Origin: an uncultured Acidobacteriota bacterium
GTDB taxonomy: Bacteria > Acidobacteriota > UBA890
Reading direction: 5' to 3'
Assembly (NCBI GenBank): GCA_964455175.1
Contig: CAYVUW010000009.1
Span: 4,065 to 68,064 of the forward strand
Length of the DNA: 64,000 bases
Position 1 is the stretch's first letter; each line of letters starts with the position of its first letter. The notes below the pieces were generated by a model. That model did not search any database and had not been told where the DNA came from. It was given only the letters and a program-made list of their open reading frames with translations. Shown one piece after another: positions 29,638 through 39,457 of this stretch. The position numbers and the translations under genes were made by a program.

Positions 29638-30648
29638 CTAAAGTCGTACTAAAGCGCGGAGATTCGCGCTCCGAGATCGAGGATTTGCCTCGATCTCTTT
29701 GTTTTTTGGTGTTAGTGGGCGCTTAGTTAAGAGTTCAACTTCCGTAAACTTTGTGCAGACACATTGCGGCAAACGTGGTGGGCACACACAGTCACTTTCC
29801 AGGTACCGAAAGGCCTGCTTTGCAAGACGGTCTTCAAGCGAATGGAAGGACAGGATTACAAGGCGCCCACCAGGAGCGAGTAGGCGAGCAGCTCCTACGA
29901 TGAAGTCGTAAAGGCCATTGAGTTCGTCGTTTACTGCAATTCTTAACGCTTGAAACGTGCGTGTTGCTGGGTGGATATGCTCTGGGGCCCTGGGAATAGA
30001 GGCGCTGACGATATCCGCAAGCTGGTCGGTGCTGCGTAGCCTGTTCTTCTGTCGCTCGCGGACTATCGCACGGGCAATTCGGCGCGCGTAGCGTTCGTCA
30101 CTGTAGCGTCGAAGTAACGAGGACAGATTGTCAACGTCGAGGTTGTTGACAAGGTCAGCTGCTGTGAGCCCGGTAGTACGGTCCATCCGCATATCCAATG
30201 GGCCCGAGCGGCGAAATGAGAAGCCTCGTTCGGCCGAGTCGAGCTGTGCAGAGGAAATGCCGAGATCAGCGAGAATGCCGCGAATTGGTTGCCAACTCTG
30301 TTCGAATGCCAGCTGGGGAAGGCGCCGGTAGTCACTGCTGACCAACTGAAGACGATCTTTCCAGGGCTTTAAACGCTTGCGCGCGGTATCTATTGTCTCG
30401 GTATCTCGGTCAATTCCGATTACGGTACATTTCGGGTCCGTACTAAGAATTGCGGCACTGTGGCCGCCGGTTCCGAGAGTCGCGTCGACGATCAAGCCAC
30501 CGTTCGGCGCGAGGTTGTCGAGAACCTCATTAACCATTACAGGGTGGTGTGTCGTGTCTGACTCCATGGTGGCTTGTTCATCCAATTCCTGTGGCCAAGA
30601 AAACCGCAAAGGCCTCGAAAAAGCCTGGATCGGTGTGGCATTGATCAT
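29638..30648 (-). CDS. rsmH: 16S rRNA (cytosine1402-N4)-methyltransferase
   Basis: HHPVMVNEVLDNL, DATLGTGGHS, DLGISSAQLD. The ATG at 30648 abuts the mraZ stop. An alternative ATG at 30567 would give the canonical N-terminus. Confidence 0.9.
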   Translation of the reverse strand: MINATPIQAFSRPLRFSWPQELDEQATMESDTTHHPVMVNEVLDNLAPNGGLIVDATLGTGGHSAAILSTDPKCTVIGIDRDTETIDTARKRLKPWKDRLQLVSSDYRRLPQLAFEQSWQPIRGILADLGISSAQLDSAERGFSFRRSGPLDMRMDRTTGLTAADLVNNLDVDNLSSLLRRYSDERYARRIARAIVRERQKNRLRSTDQLADIVSASIPRAPEHIHPATRTFQALRIAVNDELNGLYDFIVGAARLLAPGGRLVILSFHSLEDRLAKQAFRYLESDCVCPPRLPQCVCTKFTEVELLTKRPLTPKNKEIEANPRSRSANLRALVRL

Positions 30649-31089
30649 TTAGATTCCAAGCTCAGAGAGTTTTTCGAGATCCTCTACCGTCATCGGTTCT
30701 CCGTCCATGCGACTGCGGAAGATCTCGTGATTCCAAACGACTAGGTAGTCCATCTGACCCATCACCACAACTTCACCAGAAACCTTGGCCTCGTCCCGTA
30801 ATCTTTGTGGGACAAGAACGCGACCCTGTTTGTCCATTGTGGTGACGTGCCCAAAATAATTGACACGATCCATGAACTTCTGTCGGGCAGGGTTCATTGC
30901 TGGGATCTTTTGAATTCTCTCTTCGACGGCTGCCCAGACAGGCAGGGGATAAATGCGGACATTTGTGCCGTCGACGCTGGTGAGGAAGACCTCGGCACCA
31001 TAAGCGTCGCGAAGCGCCGTACGAAAAGACGTCGGGATCTTGATCCGGCCTTTGTCGTCGACAGTAGCCGGTTGGTTACCTCGAAGCAT
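30649..31089 (-). CDS. mraZ: Transcriptional regulator MraZ
   Basis: Two SpoVT/AbrB-like repeats (VDDKGRIKIP and MDKQGRVLVPQRLR). It is the first gene of the dcw cluster. Confidence 0.9.
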   Translation of the reverse strand: MLRGNQPATVDDKGRIKIPTSFRTALRDAYGAEVFLTSVDGTNVRIYPLPVWAAVEERIQKIPAMNPARQKFMDRVNYFGHVTTMDKQGRVLVPQRLRDEAKVSGEVVVMGQMDYLVVWNHEIFRSRMDGEPMTVEDLEKLSELGI

Positions 31090-31135
31090 TTCAGTCTATT
31101 TTCTGTGGATTTACCCATAATTTTAGGGATAAAAA

Positions 31136-31160
31136 ACCACTTTAGTCCACTTCCACCCAC
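31136..31160 (-). promoter_or_regulatory. Putative MraZ operator: three direct GTGGN repeats at 10-bp phasing
   Basis: The minus strand reads GTGGGtggaaGTGGActaaaGTGGT, 47-71 nt upstream of the mraZ ATG. It resembles the three direct TGGGN repeats with 5-nt spacers known to bind E. coli MraZ. Confidence 0.5.
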
Positions 31161-31164
31161 ATGG

Positions 31165-31193
31165 AATATACGGATTCTTTAATTCTGGTGCAA
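31165..31193 (-). promoter_or_regulatory. Candidate sigma-70 promoter of the dcw cluster
   Basis: The minus strand reads TTGCAC-N17-TATATT. The -10 element ends 5 nt before the first GTGGN repeat. Confidence 0.4.
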
Positions 31194-31381
31194 GCAAGAA
31201 GTGAAAAAAATGAAGAAAAGATGCCCCGGACAAGCAGTTAAATAAAGGCTCTGCAGGGTGCCATCAAGCCTAGGGAGTCCGTGTCCGTGCTTAAGCTATC
31301 CGGAATTGAAGACAACAAAACCGGGCTAGTTTCGCTTGAAGAATCCGTTTAAGACTAGCCTGCGGTGATTTACTGAGCGCT

Positions 31382-32338
31382 TCAGTTCTTCTTGGCTGCC
31401 TGTTGTCTCCAGAACTCAAGGACCGAATCGAGTGTTTCTTCTAGCGTAAAAGATGGATTCCAGCCGAGCTGCTCACGAGCCCGGCTCGCGTCACCCCGCA
31501 AAGCTGCAAGATCAGCTGGGCGGAGACGGCTAGCATCCTGCTGGACATCGATATCAACTTTGGTTGAGCGGAGAAGATACTCAAGCACATCGCCGATGCG
31601 AACCGCTGTACCATTGGCAAGGTTGTAAGCCTGACCTGGTTGGCCGTGCTCGGCTGCCAACAGATAACCCTTGGTTATGTCACGTATATCGCTGAACTCA
31701 CGCAGTGACTCCAGATTGCCGACGCTCATCCGGGGCTTGACTAGACCGGCTTCAGCCCATGCCACCTGCCTCCCGAAATCGCTGCAAACGAAGCTCGGTG
31801 ACTGCCACGGGCCAGTGTAGTTGAACATCCTGAGGATTACGGTGGGAACCCCTTCGCTCTCCCAAGCTTGGCGAGCGAGAAGCTCGGCGCACATTTTGCT
31901 CACCGCGTAAGGACTCTGTGGGTGTGTCGGATCATCTTCGGTTAGTGGGCGTGAGTCCGGTGGGGGAGGGCCGTAGATTTCACCGGTTGAAGCTAGGACG
32001 ACCGTGGGCTTAGGTTCTAGTTCTGCCGCCACCTCAAGCACGGCTGATGTACCAACAACGTTAACTTCTAGAGTTTCGCGTCGTTTTGTCCATGCCCGTC
32101 CGACGTTGGTTATGGCTGCCAAGTGGTAGATCACCTCAGGGTGAAATTGGTTGACAGCGTCTCGGATGTCGTCGGCGTTTCGTATATCGGCCTTGGTGAA
32201 CGTTATGTGGTCGAGGATGCTCTCAAGCCGTTGCCCGGTAGCTGTGTCAATTCCTGCTACCTCAGCATCACGTTCAAGAAGCGCGGCTGCCAAGTGCCCA
32301 CCGGCAAAGCCGCCTATTCCGGTGATCAGACTACGCAT
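31382..32338 (-). CDS. NAD-dependent epimerase/dehydratase (SDR); GDP-4-keto-6-deoxymannose reductase-like
   Basis: Rossmann ITGIGGFAGGHL and catalytic YAVSK. It is paired with a Gmd-like SDR. The specific substrate is not determinable by eye. Confidence 0.65.
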   Translation of the reverse strand: MRSLITGIGGFAGGHLAAALLERDAEVAGIDTATGQRLESILDHITFTKADIRNADDIRDAVNQFHPEVIYHLAAITNVGRAWTKRRETLEVNVVGTSAVLEVAAELEPKPTVVLASTGEIYGPPPPDSRPLTEDDPTHPQSPYAVSKMCAELLARQAWESEGVPTVILRMFNYTGPWQSPSFVCSDFGRQVAWAEAGLVKPRMSVGNLESLREFSDIRDITKGYLLAAEHGQPGQAYNLANGTAVRIGDVLEYLLRSTKVDIDVQQDASRLRPADLAALRGDASRAREQLGWNPSFTLEETLDSVLEFWRQQAAKKN

Positions 32339-32356
32339 TCTTCCTTTGAATTCTAC

Positions 32357-33322
32357 TCAAGCAGGAGTTCGTTCGCGCCAGTAGTCCAACAGGTCCTTCG
32401 CTGTTTGTTCGAAGGGGATTTCCGGGGACCATCCAGTAGCTTTGCAGAAACGCGAATTGTCTCCAAGGAGCAAAGGCACATCCGATGGTCGCAGACGCTC
32501 TGGATCTTCGACCACTTCGATATCTTGTTCACTGTTATCCAGAAGGATCTTGAGGACTTCCTTTATACGGTAGGCCTTGCCACTGGCCACGTTATACACC
32601 TCTCCTGGGCTGCAATGTTCTAGGCTAAGCCAGTAGGCTCGCACGATATCGCGGACGTCGGTGAAGTCTCGCTGTGGGTTCAGGTCGCCTACGTGGATGA
32701 CTGGAGGGCGCAGCCCCGCTTCGATTTCGGCGATTTGTTTAGCAAAGTTGCTGGTAACGAATACATCCCCCCGCCGTGGTCCAGTGTGGTTGAACGCTCG
32801 AGTACGAACCGCCTTAAGGCCGTACGACTGGAAGTACTGATAGGCGAGCATGTCTTGGGCAACCTTCGATACCGCGTACGGCGAAAGTGGCCGCAACGGA
32901 TTTTCCTCGGTGATAGGAGCTTCCTCGGGGTGTACGAGACCGTATTCCTCAGAAGACCCTGCGATCTGAATCGATGCGGTGCTTTTGATCTCCCGCATGG
33001 CCTCGAAGATGTTGAGCTGACTAATAGCATTTGTGGTTATCGTCTCTCCGGGCGAATTCCATGATGAAGGCACGTATGATTGCGCTGCCAAGTGAAAGAT
33101 CCTCTCCGGCTGGATATCAGCTAGCAATGTCTTAACCGACGATGCGTCTCGCAAATCGCATTCATAGAGATCAATGGCGTCTTCAATATGCTCGATGTTC
33201 TCGCGCCTGGAGCGCCAGCGGCAGGTCCCGATTACTTCGACCTGTTGTTCAAGCGACAGGCAGTACTCAGCGAGATGGCTGCCTACAAAGCCCGTAATCC
33301 CGGTAATTAAAATCTTCATCAA
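32357..33322 (-). CDS. NAD-dependent epimerase/dehydratase (SDR); GDP-mannose 4,6-dehydratase-like
   Basis: Rossmann ITGITGFVGSHL, LAAQSYVPSSW and catalytic YAVSK. Confidence 0.65.
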   Translation of the reverse strand: MMKILITGITGFVGSHLAEYCLSLEQQVEVIGTCRWRSRRENIEHIEDAIDLYECDLRDASSVKTLLADIQPERIFHLAAQSYVPSSWNSPGETITTNAISQLNIFEAMREIKSTASIQIAGSSEEYGLVHPEEAPITEENPLRPLSPYAVSKVAQDMLAYQYFQSYGLKAVRTRAFNHTGPRRGDVFVTSNFAKQIAEIEAGLRPPVIHVGDLNPQRDFTDVRDIVRAYWLSLEHCSPGEVYNVASGKAYRIKEVLKILLDNSEQDIEVVEDPERLRPSDVPLLLGDNSRFCKATGWSPEIPFEQTAKDLLDYWRERTPA

Positions 33323-33606
33323 AGGAGTCCTTCAGAGGGAGTTGACGGGAGGCAAGATAACACGACGTCGGCATCGTGCCCTCAAAGGCGATGAGGTGGG
33401 AGCCCCTTCGCTCCTTGATTCTTATTGTACTGTGCCAACGCTCTTCCAACGATCCATAGACAGGTGTTTCATGGACTCTGGGACCAGTTGGGTATTCCCC
33501 GGGTTCGAAAGTTCCAATTGGACAGTGCTGAACTTGGTCTGCAAGTCAACGATTTGAACCGCATTCGCGAGCCACTAACAAGGTCAGTACTTCCATCGTT
33601 ATTATG

Positions 33607-35943
33607 TCAGCCCTCTTCACTGCCAAAGCCCATCGCGCCCACATTGAGCAGCTCAATTAGTATCGAAAACTGAAGCTCATCGCGGAATGAGAACTTGTTT
33701 TGTCGTACTCGCCCTCCGATTGAACAGCACTGCGTGTTCCAGGTCGCGCCGATCATAAAAGCCTGCATCTCACGTTCCGTGACGTCCAAAGTGAGGTTGC
33801 CGATGACGGTAACCAGTGCCCGGAATAGATTGATACGACCGCCGCCACTGAGGCGGTCGCTCGATTCAACGTCTACCTTGGACGGATCATCCTCGTTGGC
33901 AAAGGTCCGGGCACTCCGGAACCAGGTGATGTTAGTTGTCGTGGACGCCGAATTTATTGTCCCGCCTAATGTAAAACCTCCTAAGCCCCAGTCAGGAGTA
34001 AAGCGCATCTTTGCGGAGATGTTGATCGCTGGCGTCGGGGTCACCCGCCCCGCGACTGCCCAGGGTAGCGGGAGAGCAGGAAACAAAATATCAGAGTCTC
34101 GTGCTCGCAGGTCGAAATCACGCTCCAATCCGACACTAAATACCTCCCATACTGTTCGTTGCTCGTCGTTGGGGCGGTTGAAGCGCTTGGCAAGAAATCG
34201 GCTGGTTAGCGACATCCGTGCAAAATGACGGTCACCACCGAAGCCATCAATCTCGTCAAACTGGATAATATTTCCCCGGACAAAGTCTTCTTGCTCGAAT
34301 TCGCGTTGACGCCCCCAAGTGAAGCGAGGTTCCAACACGTGCTTATAACGAGGCGAATAGTCGCTCGTTGGTGTGTCAAAAATCCGGAAGAGGCTCGGTC
34401 CGATAACCTCAATGCCCGTCTCATAGACGTTCCGGAAGATTGGTTCATCAACGAACTCCCCTCCTTCGACTCGCTGGCTATAATAGGTTGACCGCCATGC
34501 GAGAAACGGGTTGAAGGTCAGCCAGGGGATCTTCGTGAAGGCAAGCGAGACTTCCGGGAACGCGTCAATTCGCTCATAGCGTCCGCCTATTGGATCCTCT
34601 TCAGGGCTACGCCTCTCACGCACTAACCCTGCGTAAGAACCTTGGAACTCAAAGTACAAGGGCTCATATATTGGTCGCTGGCGAACCCGGAACTCGACCT
34701 CAGGGGCGCGTCGCCTCACCACCGAGTTAACGGTGCCAAAGTAGGTTCGATTTTCGTCCGCTACCAAGTTGAGGGTATAGCTGCTCCATGACCGTGTTAA
34801 GAAAACCCCGGCCGAAGAATTGCGTCGCAGAAAACGGTTGTAGTTGTCTTCGTAGCCTTGGATGAACTCTTTGCTTGAGAAAAAATTGGCGTTGGCGTTT
34901 AGTTTCCAATTACTCGGCAGTGCCATCTGATGGTTGCCATCTAGCGTCCAGCCTCTGACCACTGGAGTGATGTCGTCATCAATTTCTTCTCCCGTGGAAT
35001 TGTCGGGTTCTGCAAGATCGTCAGGATTGGCTCCCTGTAACCAGAAAAAACGCAAATTGCCTGAAGAGCCGGGCGTAATGCGATGACGGTAGTCACCCCT
35101 GAAGGCAGATCCGGCACGGCTGTAGTATTCGTAGGTAAAGGTGGCATCCATACTTCGATTGATCGCCCAGAAAATCGGCTGACTGAACATGAAGCCCTTG
35201 CGGGAGGAGTTACCGATACCCGGCATCAAGAGTCCGCTAGAGCGTTTCTTTTCGCTGATTGGGTAGTAGAGAGCTGGCAAATAGAGGAATGGCACGCCCT
35301 TTATCTTAAAGACAGCATTCTTCATCATTACGTGGTCGTCGGCGAAAAGGTCGAAGGTCCGAGCTGAAAATTCCCAGATGGGCAGAGCCTGGGTGCATGG
35401 TGTGACGACGCCGTTCTGGATTCGAAAGGCACCTGGTTTGAATTGCTCAATGTGCGTACCTCGAAAATAGACGTCTCCCGGCCCGATGCCGAAGGCATTC
35501 TCTATGGTTCCGGTTCCACCAAGGAGATACCCGTCCATCCGTGAGCCGTTCATTAGGACATCGCTGGAAAGCAATGTCACATTGCCTTCAGCTGCGAAAT
35601 GCCAATCTTCACCGGTGTTGCCCGGAGGTGTTACCACTATGCGATCAGCCTGCAGTCTCCATTCAGGACGCCCATCGATATCAGCATAACCAGCTAGAAC
35701 AAAGGTGCCGTCTTCGTTGGCTTCGAACCTGTCGAATCCAACTTGGCGCAACCCCGGAATATTGAACGGCAAAACGCTAGTCTGCTGCCCGTCCTGATTA
35801 GGCCCCAGTGGAGCCTGGGCGATCGCCGGGCAAGGCGCCAGTAAAGCGAGCAGCAAACCGAATACGATAGTCACACCGGTTCGCTGGCTCGTGATGTAGG
35901 TGGTAGAAGGGCAGCATCCCATTCTAAAAGGCTCCGGAAACAA
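33607..35943 (-). CDS. lptD: LPS-assembly outer-membrane protein LptD
   Basis: Signal peptide (..LLALLAPCPAIAQA), an OstA-like N-terminal domain, and the conserved junction VTPCTQALPIWEFSARTFDL...VPFLYLPALYYPISEKKRSSGLLMPGIGNSS, followed by a large beta-barrel. The start is TTG 35943 or ATG 35922. Confidence 0.8.
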   Translation of the reverse strand: MFPEPFRMGCCPSTTYITSQRTGVTIVFGLLLALLAPCPAIAQAPLGPNQDGQQTSVLPFNIPGLRQVGFDRFEANEDGTFVLAGYADIDGRPEWRLQADRIVVTPPGNTGEDWHFAAEGNVTLLSSDVLMNGSRMDGYLLGGTGTIENAFGIGPGDVYFRGTHIEQFKPGAFRIQNGVVTPCTQALPIWEFSARTFDLFADDHVMMKNAVFKIKGVPFLYLPALYYPISEKKRSSGLLMPGIGNSSRKGFMFSQPIFWAINRSMDATFTYEYYSRAGSAFRGDYRHRITPGSSGNLRFFWLQGANPDDLAEPDNSTGEEIDDDITPVVRGWTLDGNHQMALPSNWKLNANANFFSSKEFIQGYEDNYNRFLRRNSSAGVFLTRSWSSYTLNLVADENRTYFGTVNSVVRRRAPEVEFRVRQRPIYEPLYFEFQGSYAGLVRERRSPEEDPIGGRYERIDAFPEVSLAFTKIPWLTFNPFLAWRSTYYSQRVEGGEFVDEPIFRNVYETGIEVIGPSLFRIFDTPTSDYSPRYKHVLEPRFTWGRQREFEQEDFVRGNIIQFDEIDGFGGDRHFARMSLTSRFLAKRFNRPNDEQRTVWEVFSVGLERDFDLRARDSDILFPALPLPWAVAGRVTPTPAINISAKMRFTPDWGLGGFTLGGTINSASTTTNITWFRSARTFANEDDPSKVDVESSDRLSGGGRINLFRALVTVIGNLTLDVTEREMQAFMIGATWNTQCCSIGGRVRQNKFSFRDELQFSILIELLNVGAMGFGSEEG

Positions 35944-35960
35944 ATGCGCCTAACTTTATA

Positions 35961-37253
35961 TTAAGTGTCAACGAGCAGTGGGCGTAAGGAACCAACTAGG
36001 TACGTCGATCCACATACACAAATCAAGTCTTCTGGGTCGGCAGAGGCACGCGCTGCCGCGAGAGCCTCTCCAGGGTCATCTACTACTTGGCTTTGCGACG
36101 GAGGAGCGCCGATCGCGAGGAGCTCATGAGCTGTTGTAGCTCGCTCCGACGGCGCCCGCGTCGCGACGAGATGATCAGCAAGTGGGTAGAGAGCTTGGAC
36201 AATACCCTCAGTATCTTTATCGGCGAGGGTCGAAAGTACCAGGTGGAGACGGTTAAATATTTTACGGTGCCGTAGTTCCGATAGGTACCTGGCCAGTGCT
36301 TGTGCTGCTTCTGGATTATGGCCCGCGTCCAAGATGATAGGTGGGCTTTCCTCCAGCCACTCGCAACGACCCGGCCAACGGGTGTTTCGTAAACCTGCCC
36401 AGATGGCGTCCGAACCTATCCTGAGACGTCGTCGGTCTAAGGCCTCTGCGGCGAGGATGGCACACTGTGCGTTTTCGACTTGGTGCCCGCCAGGAAGCGA
36501 AATTTCCAGGCCCACGTAGTCACGTAATTGGCCAGTGAAGTCGATCGTGTGGCACAGCTGAGCATCGGTACGCTTCACCACTAAAGGAAATGACTCTGTT
36601 TCCCACAGCGTTGCTTCTACAGATACAGCTTGCTGCCGGATGACTTCAAGAACAGATGGTTTTTGTGGTGCCGTCACCGCTATACCTCCGGATGGAATGA
36701 TCGCTGCCTTCTCAGCAGCGATCATTTCGACATCGTTGCCTAAATACTCTTGATGATCGATTGCTACTGACGAAATCACCGCGACCTTTGGCCGAGTAAC
36801 GTTGGTAGCGTCCCAGCGGCCACCTAGGCCCACTTCGAGCACTGCTAGGTCAACCTGAGCCTCGGAAAAATAACGAAAAGCTGCTGCAGTCAAGATCTCG
36901 AAATAGGATGGTGGGCTATCAAGGTGTTTGTCGGCGGCAGCGAATACAAACTCGAGTTGAGAATCGAGACCTGAGACGCTGATCGGTGTTTCATTGACTT
37001 GGAATCTTTCCTCGACAACGGTGAGATGGGGGGATGTGTAGAGGCCTATGCGGTGGCCGGCGGCGCGACCCATGGCAGTCAGCATAGCGGCAACAGAACC
37101 CTTGCCGTTCGTACCTCCAATGATCGCGGTTGGGTAGTCTAATTGTGGGTTCCCGAGGACTTCTAGAAGTTCATGGATACGGTCAAGCCCCGGGTTGACT
37201 TGCCTCGAGTCTATCGACTCCAGGCGCTGCCGAATGCTACTTCCGCCAACCAT
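35961..37253 (-). CDS. folC: Folylpolyglutamate synthase/dihydrofolate synthase
   Basis: P-loop GGTNGKGS and Mur-ligase family architecture, downstream of accD (the classical accD-folC pair). Confidence 0.9.
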   Translation of the reverse strand: MVGGSSIRQRLESIDSRQVNPGLDRIHELLEVLGNPQLDYPTAIIGGTNGKGSVAAMLTAMGRAAGHRIGLYTSPHLTVVEERFQVNETPISVSGLDSQLEFVFAAADKHLDSPPSYFEILTAAAFRYFSEAQVDLAVLEVGLGGRWDATNVTRPKVAVISSVAIDHQEYLGNDVEMIAAEKAAIIPSGGIAVTAPQKPSVLEVIRQQAVSVEATLWETESFPLVVKRTDAQLCHTIDFTGQLRDYVGLEISLPGGHQVENAQCAILAAEALDRRRLRIGSDAIWAGLRNTRWPGRCEWLEESPPIILDAGHNPEAAQALARYLSELRHRKIFNRLHLVLSTLADKDTEGIVQALYPLADHLVATRAPSERATTAHELLAIGAPPSQSQVVDDPGEALAAARASADPEDLICVCGSTYLVGSLRPLLVDT

Positions 37254-37262
37254 TCTTGATTA

Positions 37263-38192
37263 TTACTCGGCGTCCGTGTCGCCGTACTCCTGTTTTTTTG
37301 TCGGAATCTCGGCGTGGACGCTCGAGACGGCGGAAGCGAGAAGGTTGGCGGGCAGTAAATAACGGATAGCCCGCGCTAGCGTCTCCTTCAATTGGTTGCG
37401 GGGTACGACCAAATCGAGCATGCCATGCTCCAGAAGAAATTCGCTACGCTGGAACCCCTCTGGTAGTTTCTCGCGGATTGTCTGCTCGATGACGCGCGGG
37501 CCAGCAAAGCCGATCAGAGCGCGGGGTTCCGCAATATTGAGATCACCGAGCATAGCGAATGATGCTGTTACACCGCCGGTGGTTGGGTCTGTGAGCACCG
37601 AGACATAGGGCAGATGGGCTTGATCGAGACGGGCAAGAGCGGCGGTGATCTTTGTCATCTGCATAAGCGAGAGTGCGCCTTCTTGCATGCGGGCACCACC
37701 CGAGCTTGAGACGATGATTAGCGGACGCTGAGTTTCAAGCGCCCTCTCGATGGCAAGGGTGATCTTTTCGCCAACCACCGAGCCCATACTGCCACCCATG
37801 AAAGCGTATTCCATGACGGCAAGTATCGTTGGGATTCCATCAATTGTTGTTTCAACGGTAACAATCGCATCTTTTCGGCCAGTGCGTTTTTGGTACTCGT
37901 CAATCCGACTGATATACGTCTTGGTGTCGGTGAAGTCGAGGGCGTCGACTGGGCCGATGTGGGAGCTAAATTCTTCCCAGCTGCTATCGTCGCAAAGCAA
38001 CTCCAGACGTTCAGCGGCTGAAATGCGGAAGTGATAGTCGCACTTGGGACAGACGTTAGCGTTGCGCACGACCTCCTTACGATAGATGAATTCGTTGCAG
38101 TGATTGCACTTGGCCCACAGGCCTTCAGGCATGTCGACCTTACGATCACCTACCGGGCGCTTGCTGCCGCCTTTATTTCGAAACCAGGCCAT
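37263..38192 (-). CDS. accD: Acetyl-CoA carboxylase carboxyltransferase beta subunit
   Basis: N-terminal zinc ribbon CNHCNEFIYRKEVVRNANVCPKCDYHFR and a carboxyltransferase domain with GGSMG and SGGARMQEG. Confidence 0.95.
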   Translation of the reverse strand: MAWFRNKGGSKRPVGDRKVDMPEGLWAKCNHCNEFIYRKEVVRNANVCPKCDYHFRISAAERLELLCDDSSWEEFSSHIGPVDALDFTDTKTYISRIDEYQKRTGRKDAIVTVETTIDGIPTILAVMEYAFMGGSMGSVVGEKITLAIERALETQRPLIIVSSSGGARMQEGALSLMQMTKITAALARLDQAHLPYVSVLTDPTTGGVTASFAMLGDLNIAEPRALIGFAGPRVIEQTIREKLPEGFQRSEFLLEHGMLDLVVPRNQLKETLARAIRYLLPANLLASAVSSVHAEIPTKKQEYGDTDAE

Positions 38193-38398
38193 CAGAGATC
38201 AAAAAGAGCCAGCACGGCGGGTTAACCCGTCTAGTGGCAGGGTATTGGAGGAAATACTGAAAGAAAGAAAGATCCGCCGAGAAGCGAACATATATGGATG
38301 CTAACGACCGGCAGGAGCCGCCGTCAAGAGCGTTGCAAGGTTCACGTTTGCTGGCTACTGTGTTTTGGGACCATTGAATCACTGAGGAGTAGCGCTGC

Positions 38399-39448
38399 AT
38401 GATCAAAACAATTGAATGGACTGACGATGGGGTTGTCATGCTGGACCAAAGGGTTTTGCCCCGTGAGGAGGTCTATCTAACCTTTACCTTGCCCGAAGAG
38501 GTTATTGAAGCAATTGCCAACCTAGTGATCCGCGGTGCTCCAGCGATCGGGGTTGCGGCAGCCATGGGAATGGCATTGGGGGCGCAGTCCTTTACCGGTG
38601 ACGAACACGAGTTCCGAGTTCAGCTCCTTGATCTCTCGGATCGAATGAATGCGGCGCGCCCCACTGCGGTGAATCTGCGGTGGGCGGTGCGTCGGGTTAA
38701 CACAGTTGCTGAAGTTGCGCTCGCCGACGGTGTTGCGGCAGCTAAGGCGCGCCTCATTGACGAGGCTAAGTTGATGCACCAAAAGGACATCGAAATGAAC
38801 CGCGCGATGGGTGCCCATGGTGCGGCGCTAGTTCCGCAAGATGCCTCTATCCTGACTCACTGCAACGCGGGGGCTTTGGCAACCGCTGGTTATGGAACTG
38901 CCCTTGGGGTTGTGCGTGCTGCCCAGGAGGCCGGTAAAAATGTAGTCGTACTCGCTGACGAGACGAGGCCGTTCTTGCAGGGTGCCCGGCTGACCACTTG
39001 GGAGCTGCAGAAGGACAATATTCCGGTCACGTTGATTACTGACAACATGTCAGGACACATGATGCAGCAGGGCAAAGTTGACTGTGTAGTCGTTGGTTCC
39101 GACCGCATCGCTGCAAACGGCGATGTGGCCAACAAGATTGGAACCTATACGGTGGCTGTGCTGGCCAAGGAACACAAGATCCCATTCTTTGTCGCAGCTC
39201 CGACGTCGACCATTGACCTGGAAGCCTCGTCGGGTGCAGCGATTCCGATCGAGGAGCGATCGAGCGACGAAGTGGTTGTGGTGAATAATGTTCGTATCAC
39301 GCCGGACGAAGTGTTAGCTGCTTATCCGGCTTTCGATGTCACCCCGAATCGTCTTGTGGAAGCAATCATTACCGAAGAAGGTGTTGCCAGAGCGCCTTAT
39401 ACTGAGAACCTAGCCGCTCTGTGTGCTGCGGCTGCGGAAAAGAACTGA
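38399..39448 (+). CDS. mtnA: S-methyl-5-thioribose-1-phosphate isomerase (eIF-2B-related family)
   Basis: N-terminal IEWTDDGVVMLDQRVLPREEVYL, TGDEH.., HCNAGALAT and VVGSDRIAANGDVANKIGTY. Confidence 0.85.
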   Translation: MIKTIEWTDDGVVMLDQRVLPREEVYLTFTLPEEVIEAIANLVIRGAPAIGVAAAMGMALGAQSFTGDEHEFRVQLLDLSDRMNAARPTAVNLRWAVRRVNTVAEVALADGVAAAKARLIDEAKLMHQKDIEMNRAMGAHGAALVPQDASILTHCNAGALATAGYGTALGVVRAAQEAGKNVVVLADETRPFLQGARLTTWELQKDNIPVTLITDNMSGHMMQQGKVDCVVVGSDRIAANGDVANKIGTYTVAVLAKEHKIPFFVAAPTSTIDLEASSGAAIPIEERSSDEVVVVNNVRITPDEVLAAYPAFDVTPNRLVEAIITEEGVARAPYTENLAALCAAAAEKN

Positions 39449-39457
39449 CAGGTTGTC

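Noticed and set aside
32123-32623. 166-aa plus-strand ORF across the two SDR genes
   Set aside because: It is antisense to both epimerase/dehydratase genes and spans their intergenic gap. No motif was recognised.
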